The notes: generated by a model not told the origin, from the sequence alone. A stretch of DNA of 64,000 nt from Eledone cirrhosa (GCA_964016885.1 OZ024741.1:240684001-240748000); one strand, 5' to 3'; shown: positions 40,201 through 54,708, counted from the stretch's first letter. Translations and numbers: made by a program.

Positions 40201-43200
40201 CTTTAGAGCTATCAGTGTTGTCTTACAAGTTAGTCTTACAGATTCTGTCTTTAGAGCTATCAGTGTGTCTTACAAGTTAGTCTTACAAGTTAGTCTTACA
40301 GGTTCTGTCTTTAGAGCTATCAGTGTGTCTTACAAGTTAGTCTTACAAGTTCTGTCTTTAGAGCTATCAGTGTGTCATACAAGTTAGTCTTACAAGTTCT
40401 GTCTTTAGAGCTATCAGTGTGTCTTACAAGTTAGTCTTACAGGTTCTGTCTTTAGAGCTATCAGTGTGTCTTACAAGTTAGTCTTACAAGTTCTGTCGTT
40501 AGAGCTATCAGTGTATCTTACAAGTTAGTCTTACAAGTTCTGTCTTCAGAGCTATCAGTGTGTCTTACAAGTTAGTCTTACAGGTTCTGTCTTTGGAGCT
40601 ATCAGTGTGTCTTACAAGTTCTGTCTTTACAGCTATCAGTGTGTCTTACAAGTTAGTCTTACAAGTTCTGTCTTTAGAACTATCACTGTGTCATACAAGT
40701 TAGTCTTACAAGTTCTGTCTTTAGAGCTATCAGTGTGTCTTACAAGTCAGTCTTACAAGTTCTGTCTTTAGAGCTATCAGTGTTGTCTTACAATTAGTCT
40801 TACAAGTTCTGTCTTTGGAGCTATCAGTGTGTCTTACAAGTTAGTCTTACAAGTCCTGTCTTTAGAGCTATCAGTGTTGTCTTACAAGTTAGTCTTACAA
40901 GTCCTGTCTTTAGAGCTATCAGTGTGTCTTACAAGTTCTGTCTTTAGAGCTATCAGTGTTGTCTTACAAGTTAGTCTTACAAGTCCTGTCTTTAGAGCTA
41001 TCAGTGTTTCTTACAAGTTAGTCTTACAAGTTCTGTCTTTACAGCTATCAGTGTGTCTTACAAGTTAGACTTACAAGTCCTGTCTTTAGAGCTATCAGTG
41101 TGTCATACAAGTTAGTCTTACAAGTTCTGTCTTTAGAACTATCAGTGTGTCATACAAGTTAGTCTTACAAGTTCTGTCTTTAGAGCTATCAGTGTGTCTT
41201 ACAAGTTAGTCTTACAAGTTCTGTCTTTAGAGCTATCAGTGTTGTCTTACAATTAGTCTTACAAGTTATGTCTTTGGAGCTATCACTGTGTCTTACAAGT
41301 TAGTCTTACAAGTCCTGTCTTTAGAGCTATCAGTGTGTCTTACAAGTTAGTCTTACAGGTTCTGTCTTTAGAGCTATCAGTGTTGTCTTACAAGTTAGTC
41401 TTACAAGTCCTGTCTTTAGAGCTATCAGTGTTTCTTACAAGTTAGTCTTACAAGTCCTGTCTTTAGAGCTATCAGTGTGTCTTACAAGTTAGTCTTACAA
41501 GTCCTGTCTTTAGAGCTATCAGTGTGTCTTACAAGTTAGTCTTACAAGTTCTGTCTTTAGAGCTATCAGTGTTGTCTTACAAATTAGTCTTACAAGTCCT
41601 GTCTTTAGAGCTATCAGTGTGTCTTACAAGTTAGTCTTACAAGTTCTGTCTTTAGAGCTATCAGTGTGTCTTACAAGTTAGTCTTACAAGTTCTGTCTTT
41701 AGAGCTATCAGTGTTGTCTTACAAGTTAGTCTTACAAGTCCTGTCTTTAGAGCTATCAGTGTTGTCTTACAAGTTAGTCTTACAAGTCCTGTCTTTAGAG
41801 CTATCAGTGTTGTCTTACAAGTTAGTCTTACAAGTCCTGTCTTTAGAGCTATCAGTGTTTCTTACAAGTTAGTCTTACAGGTTCTGTCTTTGGAGCTATC
41901 AGTGTGTCTTACAAGTTAGTCTTACAAGTTCTGTCTTTAGAGCTATCAGTGTGTCTTACAAGTTAGTCTTACAGGTTCTGTCTTTGGAGCTATCAGTGTG
42001 TCTTACAAGTTCTGTCTTTAGAGCTATCAGTGTTTCTTACAAGTTAGTCTTACAAGTTCTGTCTTTGGAGCTATCAGTGTGTCTTACAAGTTAGTCTTAC
42101 AGGTTCTGTCTCTGGAGCTATCAGTGTGTCTTACAAGTTAGTCTTACAGGTTCTGTCTTTAGAGCTATCAGTGTTGTCTTACAAGTTAGTCTTACAGATT
42201 CTGTCTTTAGAGCTATCAGTGTGTCTTACAAGTTAGTCTTACAAGTTCTGTCTTTAGAGCTATCAGTGTGTCTTACAAGTTAGTCTTACAAGTTCTGTCT
42301 TTAGAGCTATCAGTGTTGTCTTACAAGTTAGTCTTACAGATTCTGTCTTTAGAGCTATCAGTGTGTCTTACAAGTTAGTCTTACAGGTTCTGTCTTTAGA
42401 GCTATCAGTGTTGTCTTACAAGTTGGTCTTACAGATTCTGTCTTTAGAGCTATCAGTGTGTCTTACAAGTTAGTCTTACAAGTTACTCTTACAAGTTCTG
42501 TCTTTAGAGCTATCAGTGTGTCTTACAAGTTAGTCTTACAAGTTAGTCTTACAGGTTCTGTCTTTAGAGCTATCAGTGTGTCTTAAAAGTTAGTCTTACA
42601 AGTTCTGTATATAGAGCTATCAGTGTGTCTTACAAGTTAGTCTTACAAGTTCTGTCGTTAGAGCTATCAGTGTGTCTTACAAGTTAGTCTTACAAGTTCT
42701 GTCTTCAGAGCTATCAGTGTGTCTTACAAGTTAGTCTTACAGGTTCTGTCTTTGGAGCTATCAGTGTGTCTTACAAGTTCTGTCTTTACAGCTATCAGTG
42801 TGTCTTACAAGTTAGTCTTACAAGTTCTGTCTTTAGAACTATCACTGTGTCATACAAGTTAGTTTTACAAGTTCTGTCTTTAGAGCTATCAGTGTGTCTT
42901 ACAAGTTAGTCTTACAAGTTCTGTCTTTAGAGCTATCAGTGTTGTCTTACAATTAGTCTTACAAGTTCTGTCTTTGGAGCTATCAGTGTGTCTTACAAGT
43001 TAGTCTTACAAGTCCTGTCTTTAGAGCTATCAGTGTTGTCTTACAAGTTAGTCTTACAAGTCCTGTCTTTAGAGCTATCAGTGTGTCTTACAAGTTCTGT
43101 CTTTAGAGCTATCAGTGTTGTCTTACAAGTTAGTCTTACAAGTCCTGTCTTTAGAGCTATCAGTGTTTCTTACAAGTTAGTCTTACAAGTTCTGTCTTTA

Positions 43201-46200
43201 GAGCTATCAGTGTGTCTTACAAGTTAGTCTTACATGTTCTGTCTTTGGAGCTATCAGTGTGTCTTACAAGTTAGTCTTACAGGTTCTGTCTTTAGAGCTA
43301 TCAGTGTGTCTTACAAGTTAGTCTTACAGGTTCTGTCTTTAGAGCTATCAGTGTGTCTTACAAGTTAGTCTTACAGGTTCTGTCTTTGGAGCTATCAGTG
43401 TGTCTTAGAAGTTAGTCTTACAGGTTCTGTCTTTGGAGCTATCAGTGTGTCTTACAAGTTAGTCTTACAAGTTCTGTCTTTAGAGCTATCAGTGCGTCTT
43501 ACAAGTTAGTCTTACAAGTTCTGTCTTTAGAGCTATCAGTGTTGTCTTACAAGTTAGTCTTACAGGTTCTGTCTTTGGAGCTATCAGTGTGTCTTACAAG
43601 TTAGTCTTACAAGTTCTGTCTTTAGAGCTATCAGTGTGTCTTACAAGTTAGTCTTACAAGTTCTGTCTTTAGAGCTATCAGTGTTGTCTTACAAGTTCTG
43701 TCGTTAGAGCTATCAGTGTTGTCTTACAAGTTAGTCTTACAAGTTCTGTCTTTAGAGCTATCAGTGTGTCTTACAAGTTCTGTCGTTAGAGCTATCAGTG
43801 TTGTCTTACAAGTTAGTCTTACAAGTTCTGTCTTTAGAGCTATCAGTGTGTCTTACAAGTTCTGTCGTTAGAGCTATCAGTGTTGTCTTACAAGTTAGTC
43901 TTACAAGTCCTATCTTTAGAGCTATCAGTGTTGTCTTACAAGTTAGTCTTACAAGTCCTGTCTTTAGAGCTATCAGTGTGTCTTACAAGTTAGTCTTACA
44001 AGTTCTGTCTTTAGAGCTATCAGTGTTGTCTTACAAGTTCTGTCGTTAGAGCTATCAGTGTTGTCTTACAAGTTAGTCTTACAAGTTCTGTCTTTAGAGC
44101 TATCAGTGTGTCTTACAAGTTCTGTCGTTAGAGCTATCAGTGTTGTCTTACAAGTTAGTCTTACAAGTTCTGTCTTTAGAGCTATCAGTGTGTCTTACAA
44201 ATTCTGTCGTTAGAGCTATCAGTGTTGTCTTACAAGTTAGTCTTACAAGTCCTGTCTTTAGAGCTATCAGTGTTGTCTTACAAGTTAGTCTTACAAGTCC
44301 TGTCTTTAGAGCTATCAGTGTGTCTTACAAGTTAGTCTTACAAGTTCTGTCTTTGGAGCTATCAGTGTGTCTTACAAGTTAGTCTTACAAGTTCTGTCTT
44401 TAGAGCTATCAGTGTTGTCTTACAAGTTCTGTCGTTAGAGCTATCAGTGTTGTCTTACAAGTTAGTCTTACAAGTTCTGTCTTTAGAGCTATCAGTGTGT
44501 CTTACAAGTTCTGTCGTTAGAGCTATCAGTGTTGTCTTACAAGTAAGTCTTACAGGTTCTGTCTTTAGAGCTATCAGTGTGTCTTACAAGTTCTGTCGTT
44601 AGAGCTATCAGTGTTGTCTTACAAGTTAGTCTTACAAGTCCTGTCTTTAGAGCTATCAGTGTTGTCTTACAAGTTAGTCTTACAAGTCCTGTCTTTAGAG
44701 CTATCAGTGTGTCTTACAAGTTAGTCTTACAAGTTCTGTCTTTAGAGCTATCAGTGTTGTCTTACAAGTTCTGTCGTTAGAGCTATCAGTGTTGTCTTAC
44801 AAGTTAGTCTTACAAGTTCTGTCTTTAGAGCTATCAGTGTGTCTTACAATTTCTGTCGTTAGAGCTATCAGTGTTGTCTTACAAGTTAGTCTTACAAGTT
44901 CTGTCTTTAGAGCTATCAGTGTGTCTTACAAGTTCTGTCGTTAGAGCTATCAGTGTTGTCTTACAAGTTAGTCTTACAAGTCCTGTCTTTAGAGCTATCA
45001 GTGTGTCTTACAAGTTAGTCTTACAAGTTCTGTCTTTAGAGCTATCAGTGTTGTCTTACAAGTTAGTCTTACAAGTCCTGTCTTTAGAGCTATCAGTGTT
45101 GTCTTACAAGTTAGTCTTACAAGTCATGTCTTTAGAGCTATCAGTGTTGTCTTACAAGTTAGTCTTACAAGTTCTGTCTTTAGAGCTATCAGTGTTTCTT
45201 ACAAGTTAGTCTTACAGGTTCTGTCTTTGGAGCTATCAGTGTGTCTTACAAGTTAGTCTTACAGGTTCTGTCTTTGGAGCTATCAGTGTGTCTTACAAGT
45301 TAGTCTTACAAGTTCGGTCTTTAGAGCTATCAGTGTGTCTTACAAGTTAGTCTTACAGGTTCTGTCTTTGGAGCTATCAGTGTGTCTTACAAGTTCTGTC
45401 TTTAGAGCTATCAGTGTGTCTTACAAGTTAGTCTTACAAGTTCTGTTTTTGGAGCTATCAGTGTGTCTTACAAGTTAGTCTTACAAGTTCTGTCTTTAGA
45501 GCTATCAGTGTGTCTTACAAGTTAGTCTTACAAGTTCTGTCTTTAGAGCTATCAGTGTTGTCTTACAAGTTAGTCTTACAAGTCCTGTCTTTAGAGCTAT
45601 CAGTGTGTCTTACAAGTTAGTCTTACAAATTCTGTCGTTAGAGCTATCAGTGTTGTCTTACAAGTTAGTCTTACAGGTTCTGTCTTTGGAGCTATCAGTG
45701 TGTCTTACAAGTTAGTCTTACAAGTTCTGTCTTTAGAGCTATCAGTGTGTCATACAAGTTAGTCTTACAAGTTCTGTCTTTAGAACTATCACTGTGTTAT
45801 ACAAGTTAGTCTTACAAGTTCTGTCTTTAGAGCTATCAGTGTGTCTTACAAGTTAGTCTTACAAGTTCTGTCTTTACAGCTATCAGTGTGTCTTACAAGT
45901 TAGTCTTACAAGTCCTGTCTTTAGAGCTATCAGTGTGTCATACAAGTTAGTCTTACAAGTTCTGTCTTTAGAACTATCACTGTGTCATACAAGTTAGTCT
46001 TACAAGTTCTGTCTTTAGAGCAATCAGTGTGTCTTACAAGTTAGTCTTACAAGTTCTGTCTTTAGAGCTATCAGTGTTGTCTTACAATTAGTCTTACAAG
46101 TTCTGTCTTTGGAGCTATCAGTGTGTCTTACAAGTTAGTCTTACAAGTCCTGTCTTTAGAGCTATCAGTGTGTCTTACAAGTTAGTCTTACAGGTTCTGT

Positions 46201-49200
46201 CTTTAGAGCTATCAGTGTTGTCTTACAAGTTACTCTTACAAGTCCTGTCTTTAGAGCTATCAGTGTTTCTTACAAGTTAGTCTTACAAGTCCTGTCTTTA
46301 GAGCTATCAGTGTGTCTTACAAGTTAGTCTTACAAGTCCTGTCTTTAGAGCTATCAGTGTGTCTTACAAGTTAGTCTTACAAGTTCTGTCTTTAGAGCTA
46401 TCAGTGTTGTCTTACAAGTTAGTCTTACAAGTCCTGTCTTTAGAGCTATCAGTGTGTCTTACAAGTTAGTCTTACAAGTTCTGTCTTTAGAGCTATCAGT
46501 GTGTCTTACAAGTTAGTCTTACAAGTTCTGTCTTTAGAGCTATCAGTGTTGTCTTACAAGTTAGTCTTACAGATTCTGTCTTTAGAGTTATCAGTGTGTC
46601 TTACAAGTTAGTCTTACAAGTTAGTCTTACAGGTTCTGTCTTTAGAGCTATCAGTGTGTCTTACAAGTTAGTCTTACAAGTTCTGTCTTTAGAGCTATCA
46701 GTGTGTCATACAAGTTAGTCTTACAAGTTCTGTCTTTAGAGCTATCAGTGTGTCTTACAAGTTAGTCTTACAAGTTCTGTCGTTAGAGCTATCAGTGTAT
46801 CTTACAAGTTAGTCTTACAAGTTCTGTCTTCAGAGCTATCAGTGTGTCTTACAAGTTAGTCTTACAGGTTCTGTCTTTGGAACTATCAGTGTGTCTTACA
46901 AGTTCTGTCTTTACAGCTATCAGTGTGTCTTACAAGTTAGTCTTACAAGTTCTGTCTTTAGAGCTATCAGTGTGTCTTACAAGTCAGTCTTACAAGTTCT
47001 GTCTTTAGAGCTATCAGTGTTGTCTTACAATTAGTCTTACAAGTTCTGTCTTTGGAGCTATCAGTGTGTCTTACAAGTTAGTCTTACAAGTCCTGTCTTT
47101 AGAGCTATCAGTGTTGTCTTACAAGTTAGTCTTACAAGTCCTGTCTTTAGAGCTATCAGTGTGTCTTACAAGTTCTGTCTTTAGAGCTATCAGTGTTGTC
47201 TTACAAGTTAGTCTTACAAGTCCTGTCTTTAGAGCTATCAGTGTTTCTTACAAGTTAGTCTTACAAGTTCTGTCTTTACAGCTATCAGTGTGTCTTACAA
47301 GTTAGTCTTACAAGTCCTGTCTTTAGAGCTATCAGTGTGTCATACAAGTTAGTCTTACAAGTTCTGTCTTTAGAACTATCACTGTGTCATACAAGTTAGT
47401 CTTACAAGTTCTGTCTTTAGAGCTATCAGTGTGTCTTACAATTTCGTCTTACAAGTTCTGTCTTTAGAGCTATCAGTGTTGTCTTACAATTAGTCTTACA
47501 AGTTCTGTCTTTGGAGCTATCAGTGTGTCTTACAAGTTAGTCTTACAAGTCCTGTCTTTAGAGCTATCAGTGTGTCTTACAAGTTAGTCTTACAGGTTCT
47601 GTCTTTAGAGCTATCAGTGTTGTCTTACAAGTTAGTCTTACAAGTCCTGTCTTTAGAGCTATCAGTGTTTCTTACAAGTTAGTCTTACAAGTCCTGTCTT
47701 TAGAGCTATCAGTGTGTCTTACAAGTTAGTCTTACAAGTTCTCTCTTTAGAGCTATCAGTGTTGTCTTACAATTAGTCTTACAAGTTCTGTCTTTGGAGC
47801 TATCAGTGTGTCTTACAAGTTAGTCTTACAAGTCCTGTCCTTAGAGCTATCAGTGTGTCTTACAAGTTAGTCTTACAGGTTCTGTCTTTAGAGCTATCAG
47901 TGTTGTCTTACAAGTTAGTCTTACAAGTCCTGTCTTTAGAGCTATCAGTGTTTCTTACAAGTTAGTCTTACAAGTCCTGTCTTTAGAGCTATCAGTGTGT
48001 CTTACAAGTTAGTCTTACAAGTCCTGTCTTTAGAGCTATCAGTGTGTCTTACAAGTTAGTCTTACAAGTTCTGTCTTTAGAGCTATCAGTGTTGTCTTAC
48101 AAGTTAGTCTTACAAGTCCTGTCTTTAGAGCTATCAGTGTGTCTTACAAGTTAGTCTTACAAGTTCTGTCTTTAGAGCTATCAGTGTGTCTTACAAGTTA
48201 GTCTTACAAGTTCTGTCTTTAGAGCTATCAGTGTTGTCTTACAAGTTAGTCTTACAGATTCTGTCTTTAGAGCTATCAGTGTGTCTTACAAGTTAGTCTT
48301 ACAAGTTAGTCTTACAGGTTCTGTCTTTAGAGCTATCAGTGTGTCTTACAAGTTAGTCTTACAAGTTCTGTCTTTAGAGCTATCAGTGTGTCATACAAGT
48401 TAGTCTTACAAGTTCTGTCTTTAGAGCTATCAGTGTGTCTTACAAGTTAGTCTTACAGGTTCTGTCTTTAGAGCTATCAGTGTGTCTTACAAGTTAGTCT
48501 TACAAGTTCTGTCGTTAGAGCTATCAGTGTATCTTACAAGTTAGTCTTACAAGTTCTGTCTTCAGAGCTATCAGTGTGTCTTACAAGTTAGTCTTACAGG
48601 TTCTGTCTTTGGAGCTATCAGTGTGTCTTACAAGTTCTGTCTTTACAGCTATCAGTGTGTCTTACAAGTTAGTCTTACAAGTTCTGTCTTTAGAACTATC
48701 ACTGTGTCATACAAGTTAGTCTTACAAGTTCTGTCTTTAGAGCTATCAGTGTGTCTTACAAGTCAGTCTTACAAGTTCTGTCTTTAGAGCTATCAGTGTT
48801 GTCTTACAATTAGTCTTACAAGTTCTGTCTTTGGAGCTATCAGTGTGTCTTACAAGTTAGTCTTACAAGTCCTGTCTTTAGAGCTATCAGTGTTGTCTTA
48901 CAAGTTAGTGTTACAAGTCCTGTCTTTAGAGCTATCAGTGTGTCTTACAAGTTCTGTCTTTAGAGCTATCAGTGTTGTCTTACAAGTTAGTCTTACAAGT
49001 CCTGTCTTTAGAGCTATCAGTGTTTCTTACAAGTTAGTCTTACAAGTTCTGTCTTTACAGCTATCAGTGTGTCTTACAAGTTAGTCTTACAAGTCCTGTC
49101 TTTAGAGCTATCAGTGTGTCATACAAGTTAGTCTTACAAGTTCTGTCTTTAGAACTATCACTGTGTCATACAAGTTAGTCTTACAAGTTCTGTCTTTAGA

Positions 49201-52200
49201 GCTATCAGTGTGTCTTACAATTTCGTCTTACAAGTTCTGTCTTTAGAGCTATCAGTGTTGTCTTACAATTAGTCTTACAAGTTCTGTCTTTGGAGCTATC
49301 AGTGTGTCTTACAAGTTAGTCTTACAAGTCCTGTCTTTAGAGCTATCAGTGTGTCTTACAAGTTAGTCTTACAGGTTCTGTCTTTAGAGCTATCAGTGTT
49401 GTCTTACAAGTTAGTCTTACAAGTCCTGTCTTTAGAGCTATCAGTGTTTCTTACAAGTTAGTCTTACAAGTCCTGTCTTTAGAGCTATCAGTGTGTCTTA
49501 CAAGTTAGTCTTACAAGTTCTCTCTTTAGAGCTATCAGTGTTGTCTTACAATTAGTCTTACAAGTTCTGTCTTTGGAGCTATCAGTGTGTCTTACAAGTT
49601 AGTCTTACAAGTCCTGTCCTTAGAGCTATCAGTGTGTCTTACAAGTTAGTCTTACAGGTTCTGTCTTTAGAGCTATCAGTGTTGTCTTACAAGTTAGTCT
49701 TACAAGTCCTGTCTTTAGAGCTATCAGTGTTTCTTACAAGTTAGTCTTACAAGTCCTGTCTTTAGAGCTATCAGTGTGTCTTACAAGTTAGTCTTACAAG
49801 TCCTGTCTTTAGAGCTATCAGTGTGTCTTACAAGTTAGTCTTACAAGTTCTGTCTTTAGAGCTATCAGTGTTGTCTTACAAGTTAGTCTTACAAGTCCTG
49901 TCTTTAGAGCTATCAGTGTGTCTTACAAGTTAGTCTTACAAGTTCTGTCTTTAGAGCTATCAGTGTGTCTTACAAGTTAGTCTTACAAGTTCTGTCTTTA
50001 GAGCTATCAGTGTTGTCTTACAAGTTAGTCTTACAGATTCTGTCTTTAGAGCTATCAGTGTGTCTTACAAGTTAGTCTTACAAGTTAGTCTTACAGGTTC
50101 TGTCTTTAGAGCTATCAGTGTGTCTTACAAGTTAGTCTTACAAGTTCTGTCTTTAGAGCTATCAGTGTGTCATACAAGTTAGTCTTACAAGTTCTGTCTT
50201 TAGAGCTATCAGTGTGTCTTACAAGTTAGTCTTACAGGTTCTGTCTTTAGAGCTATCAGTGTGTCTTACAAGTTAGTCTTACAAGTTCTGTCGTTAGAGC
50301 TATCAGTGTATCTTACAAGTTAGTCTTACAAGTTCTGTCTTCAGAGCTATCAGTGTGTCTTACAAGTTAGTCTTACAGGTTCTGTCTTTGGAGCTATCAG
50401 TGTGTCTTACAAGTTCTGTCTTTACAGCTATCAGTGTGTCTTACAAGTTAGTCTTACAAGTTCTGTCTTTAGAACTATCACTGTGTCATACAAGTTAGTC
50501 TTACAAGTTCTGTCTTTAGAGCTATCAGTGTGTCTTACAAGTCAGTCTTACAAGTTCTGTCTTTAGAGCTATCAGTGTTGTCTTACAATTAGTCTTACAA
50601 GTTCTGTCTTTGGAGCTATCAGTGTGTCTTACAAGTTAGTCTTACAAGTCCTGTCTTTAGAGCTATCAGTGTTGTCTTACAAGTTAGTGTTACAAGTCCT
50701 GTCTTTAGAGCTATCAGTGTGTCTTACAAGTTCTGTCTTTAGAGCTATCAGTGTTGTCTTACAAGTTAGTCTTACAAGTCCTGTCTTTAGAGCTATCAGT
50801 GTTTCTTACAAGTTAGTCTTACAAGTTCTGTCTTTACAGCTATCAGTGTGTCTTACAAGTTAGTCTTACAAGTCCTGTCTTTAGAGCTATCAGTGTGTCA
50901 TACAAGTTAGTCTTACAAGTTCTGTCTTTAGAACTATCACTGTGTCATACAAGTTAGTCTTACAAGTTCTGTCTTTAGAGCTATCAGTGTGTCTTACAAG
51001 TTAGTCTTACAAGTTCTGTCTTTAGAGCTATCAGTGTTGTCTTACAATTAGTCTTACAAGTTCTGTCTTTGGAGCTATCAGTGTGTCTTACAAGTTAGTC
51101 TTACAAGTCCTGTGTTTAGAGCTATCAGTGTGTCTTACAAGTTAGTCTTACAGGTTCTGTCTTTAGAGCTATCAGTGTTGTCTTACAAGTTAGTCTTACA
51201 AGTCCTGTCTTTAGAGCTATCAGTGTTTCTTACAAGTTAGTCTTACAAGTCCTGTCTTTAGAGCTATCAGTGTGTCTTACAAGTTAGTCTTACAAGTCCT
51301 GTCTTTAGAGCTATCAGTGTGTCTTACAAGTTAGTCTTACAAGTTCTGTCTTTAGAGCTATCAGTGTTGTCTTACAAATTAGTCTTACAAGTCCTGTCTT
51401 TAGAGCTATCAGTGTGTCTTACAAGTTAGTCTTACAAGTTCTGTCTTTAGAGCTATCAGTGTGTCTTACAAGTTAGTCTTACAAGTTCTGTCTTTAGAGC
51501 TATCAGTGTTGTCTTACAAGTTAGTCTTACAAGTCCTGTCTTTAGAGCTATCAGTGTTGTCTTACAAGTTAGTCTTACAAGTCCTGTCTTTAGAGCTATC
51601 AGTGTTGTCTTACAAGTTAGTCTTACAAGTCCTGTCTTTAGAGCTATCAGTGTTTCTTACAAGTTAGTCTTACAGGTTCTGTCTTTGGAGCTATCAGTGT
51701 GTCTTACAAGTTAGTCTTACAAGTTCTGTCTTTAGAGCTATCAGTGTGTCTTACAAGTTAGTCTTACAGGTTCTGTCTTTGGAGCTATCAGTGTGTCTTA
51801 CAAGTTCTGTCTTTAGAGCTATCAGTGTTTCTTACAAGTTAGTCTTACAAGTTCTGTCTTTGGAGCTATCAGTGTGTCTTACAAGTTAGTCTTACAGGTT
51901 CTGTCTTTGGAGCTATCAGTGTGTCTTACAAGTTAGTCTTACAGGTTCTGTCTTTAGAGGTATCAGTGTTGTCTTACAAGTTAGTCTTACAGATTCTGTC
52001 TTTAGAGCTATCAGTGTGTCTTACAAGTTAGTCTTACAAGTTCTGTCTTTAGAGCTATCAGTGTGTCTTACAAGTTAGTCTTACAAGTTCTGTCTTTAGA
52101 GCTATCAGTGTTGTCTTACAAGTTAGTCTTACAGATTCTGTCTTTAGAGCTATCAGTGTGTCTTACAAGTTAGTCTTACAAGTTAGTCTTACAGGTTCTG

Positions 52201-54708
52201 TCTTTAGAGCTATCAGTGTTGTCTTACAAGTTGGTCTTACAGATTCTGTCTTTAGAGCTATCAGTGTGTCTTACAAGTTAGTCTTACAAGTTACTCTTAC
52301 AAGTTCTGTCTTTAGAGCTATCAGTGTGTCTTACAAGTTAGTCTTACAAGTTAGTCTTACAGGTTCTGTCTTTAGAGCTATCAGTGTGTCTTACAAGTTA
52401 GTCTTACAAGTTCTGTCTTTAGAGCTATCAGTGTGTCTTACAAGTTAGTCTTACAAGTTCTGTCGTTAGAGCTATCAGTGTGTCTTACAAGTTAGTCTTA
52501 CAAGTTCTGTCTTCAGAGCTATCAGTGTGTCTTACAAGTTAGTCTTACAGGTTCTGTCTTTGGAGCTATCAGTGTGTCTTACAAGTTCTGTCTTTACAGC
52601 TATCAGTGTGTCTTACAAGTTAGTCTTACAAGTTCTGTCTTTAGAACTATCACTGTGTCATACAAGTTAGTTTTACAAGTTCTGTCTTTAGAGCTATCAG
52701 TGTGTCTTACAAGTTAGTCTTACAAGTTCTGTCTTTAGAGCTATCAGTGTTGTCTTACAATTAGTCTTACAAGTTCTGTCTTTGGAGCTATCAGTGTGTC
52801 TTACAAGTTAGTCTTACAAGTCCTGTCTTTAGAGCTATCAGTGTTGTCTTACAAGTTAGTCTTACAAGTCCTGTCTTTAGAGCTATCAGTGTGTCTTACA
52901 AGTTCTGTCTTTAGAGCTATCAGTGTTGTCTTACAAGTTAGTCTTACAAGTCCTGTCTTTAGAGCTATCAGTGTTTCTTACAAGTTAGTCTTACAAGTTC
53001 TGTCTTTAGAGCTATCAGTGTGTCTTACAAGTTAGTCTTACATGTTCTGTCTTTGGAGCTATCAGTGTGTCTTACAAGTTAGTCTTACAGGTTCTGTCTT
53101 TAGAGCTATCAGTGTGTCTTACAAGTTAGTCTTACAGGTTCTGTCTTTAGAGCTATCAGTGTGTCTTACAAGTTAGTCTTACAGGTTCTGTCTTTGGAGC
53201 TATCAGTGTGTCTTAGAAGTTAGTCTTACAGGTTCTGTCTTTGGAGCTATCAGTGTGTCTTACAAGTTAGTCTTACAAGTTCTGTCTTTAGAGCTATCAG
53301 TGCGTCTTACAAGTTAGTCTTACAAGTTCTGTCTTTAGAGCTATCAGTGTTGTCTTACAAGTTAGTCTTACAGGTTCTGTCTTTGGAGCTATCAGTGTGT
53401 CTTACAAGTTAGTCTTACAAGTTCTGTCTTTAGAGCTATCAGTGTGTCTTACAAGTTAGTCTTACAAGTTCTGTCTTTAGAGCTATCAGTGTTGTCTTAC
53501 AAGTTCTGTCGTTAGAGCTATCAGTGTTGTCTTACAAGTTTGTCTTACAAGTTCTGTCTTTAGAGCTATCAGTGTGTCTTACAAGTTCTGTCGTTAGAGC
53601 TATCAGTGTTGTCTTACAAGTTAGTCTTACAAGTTCTGTCTTTAGAGCTATCAGTGTGTCTTACAAGTTCTGTCGTTAGAGCTATCAGTGTTGTCTTACA
53701 AGTTAGTCTTACAAGTCCTGTCTTTAGAGCTATCAGTGTTGTCTTACAAGTTAGTCTTACAAGTCCTGTCTTTAGAGCTATCAGTGTGTCTTACAAGTTA
53801 GTCTTACAAGTTCTGTCTTTGGAGCTATCAGTGTGTCTTACAAGTTAGTCTTACAAGTTCTGTCTTTAGAGCTATCAGTGTTGTCTTACAAGTTCTGTCG
53901 TTAGAGCTATCAGTGTTGTCTTACAAGTTAGTCTTACAAGTTCTGTCTTTAGAGCTATCAGTGTGTCTTACAAGTTCTGTCGTTAGAGCTATCAGTGTTG
54001 TCTTACAAGTTAGTCTTACAAGTTCTGTCTTTAGAGCTATCAGTGTGTCTTACAAGTTCTGTCGTTAGAGCTATCAGTGTTGTCTTACAAGTTAGTCTTA
54101 CAAGTCCTGTCTTTAGAGCTATCAGTGTTGTCTTACAAGTTAGTCTTACAAGTCCTGTCTTTAGAGCTATCAGTGTGTCTTACAAGTTAGTCTTACAATT
54201 TCTGTCTTTAGAGCTATCAGTGTTGTCTTACAAGTTCTGTCGTTAGAGCTATCAGTGTTGTCTTACAAGTTAGTCTTACAAGTTCTGTCTTTAGAGCTAT
54301 CAGTGTGTCTTACAAGTTCTGTCGTTAGAGCTATCAGTGTTGTCTTACAAGTTAGTCTTACAAGTTCTGTCTTTAGAGCTATCAGTGTGTCTTACAAGTT
54401 CTGTCGTTAGAGCTATCAGTGTTGTCTTACAAGTTAGTCTTACAAGTCCTGTCTTTAGAGCTATCAGTGTTGTCTTACAAGTTAGTCTTACAAGTCCTGT
54501 CTTTAGAGCTATCAGTGTGTCTTACAAGTTAGTCTTACAAGTTCTGTCTTTGGAGCTATCAGTGTGTCTTACAAGTTAGTCTTACAAGTTCTGTCTTTAG
54601 AGCTATCAGTGTGTCTTACAAGTTAGTCTTACAAGTTCTGTCTTTGGAGCTATCAGTGTGTCTTACAAGTCCTGTCTTTAGAGCTATCAGTGTGTCTTAC
54701 AAGTTAGT
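19272..54708. repeat. 35.4-kb satellite array, 47/48-bp monomer gtcttacaagtta-gtcttacaagttct-gtctttagagctatcagtgt(t), roughly 750 monomers
   Basis: Uninterrupted single-orientation array; internal 13-bp subrepeat gives 34/35- and 60-bp variants; AGCT (AluI) site in most monomers; sharp boundaries. Confidence 0.99.

Noticed and set aside
19272-54708. CRISPR array, or repeated genes (MSYKLVLQVLSLELSV... ORFs)
   Set aside because: No unique spacers and no cas genes; the ORFs arise wherever several 48-bp monomers are consecutive and start at GTG, which is not a normal eukaryotic start.
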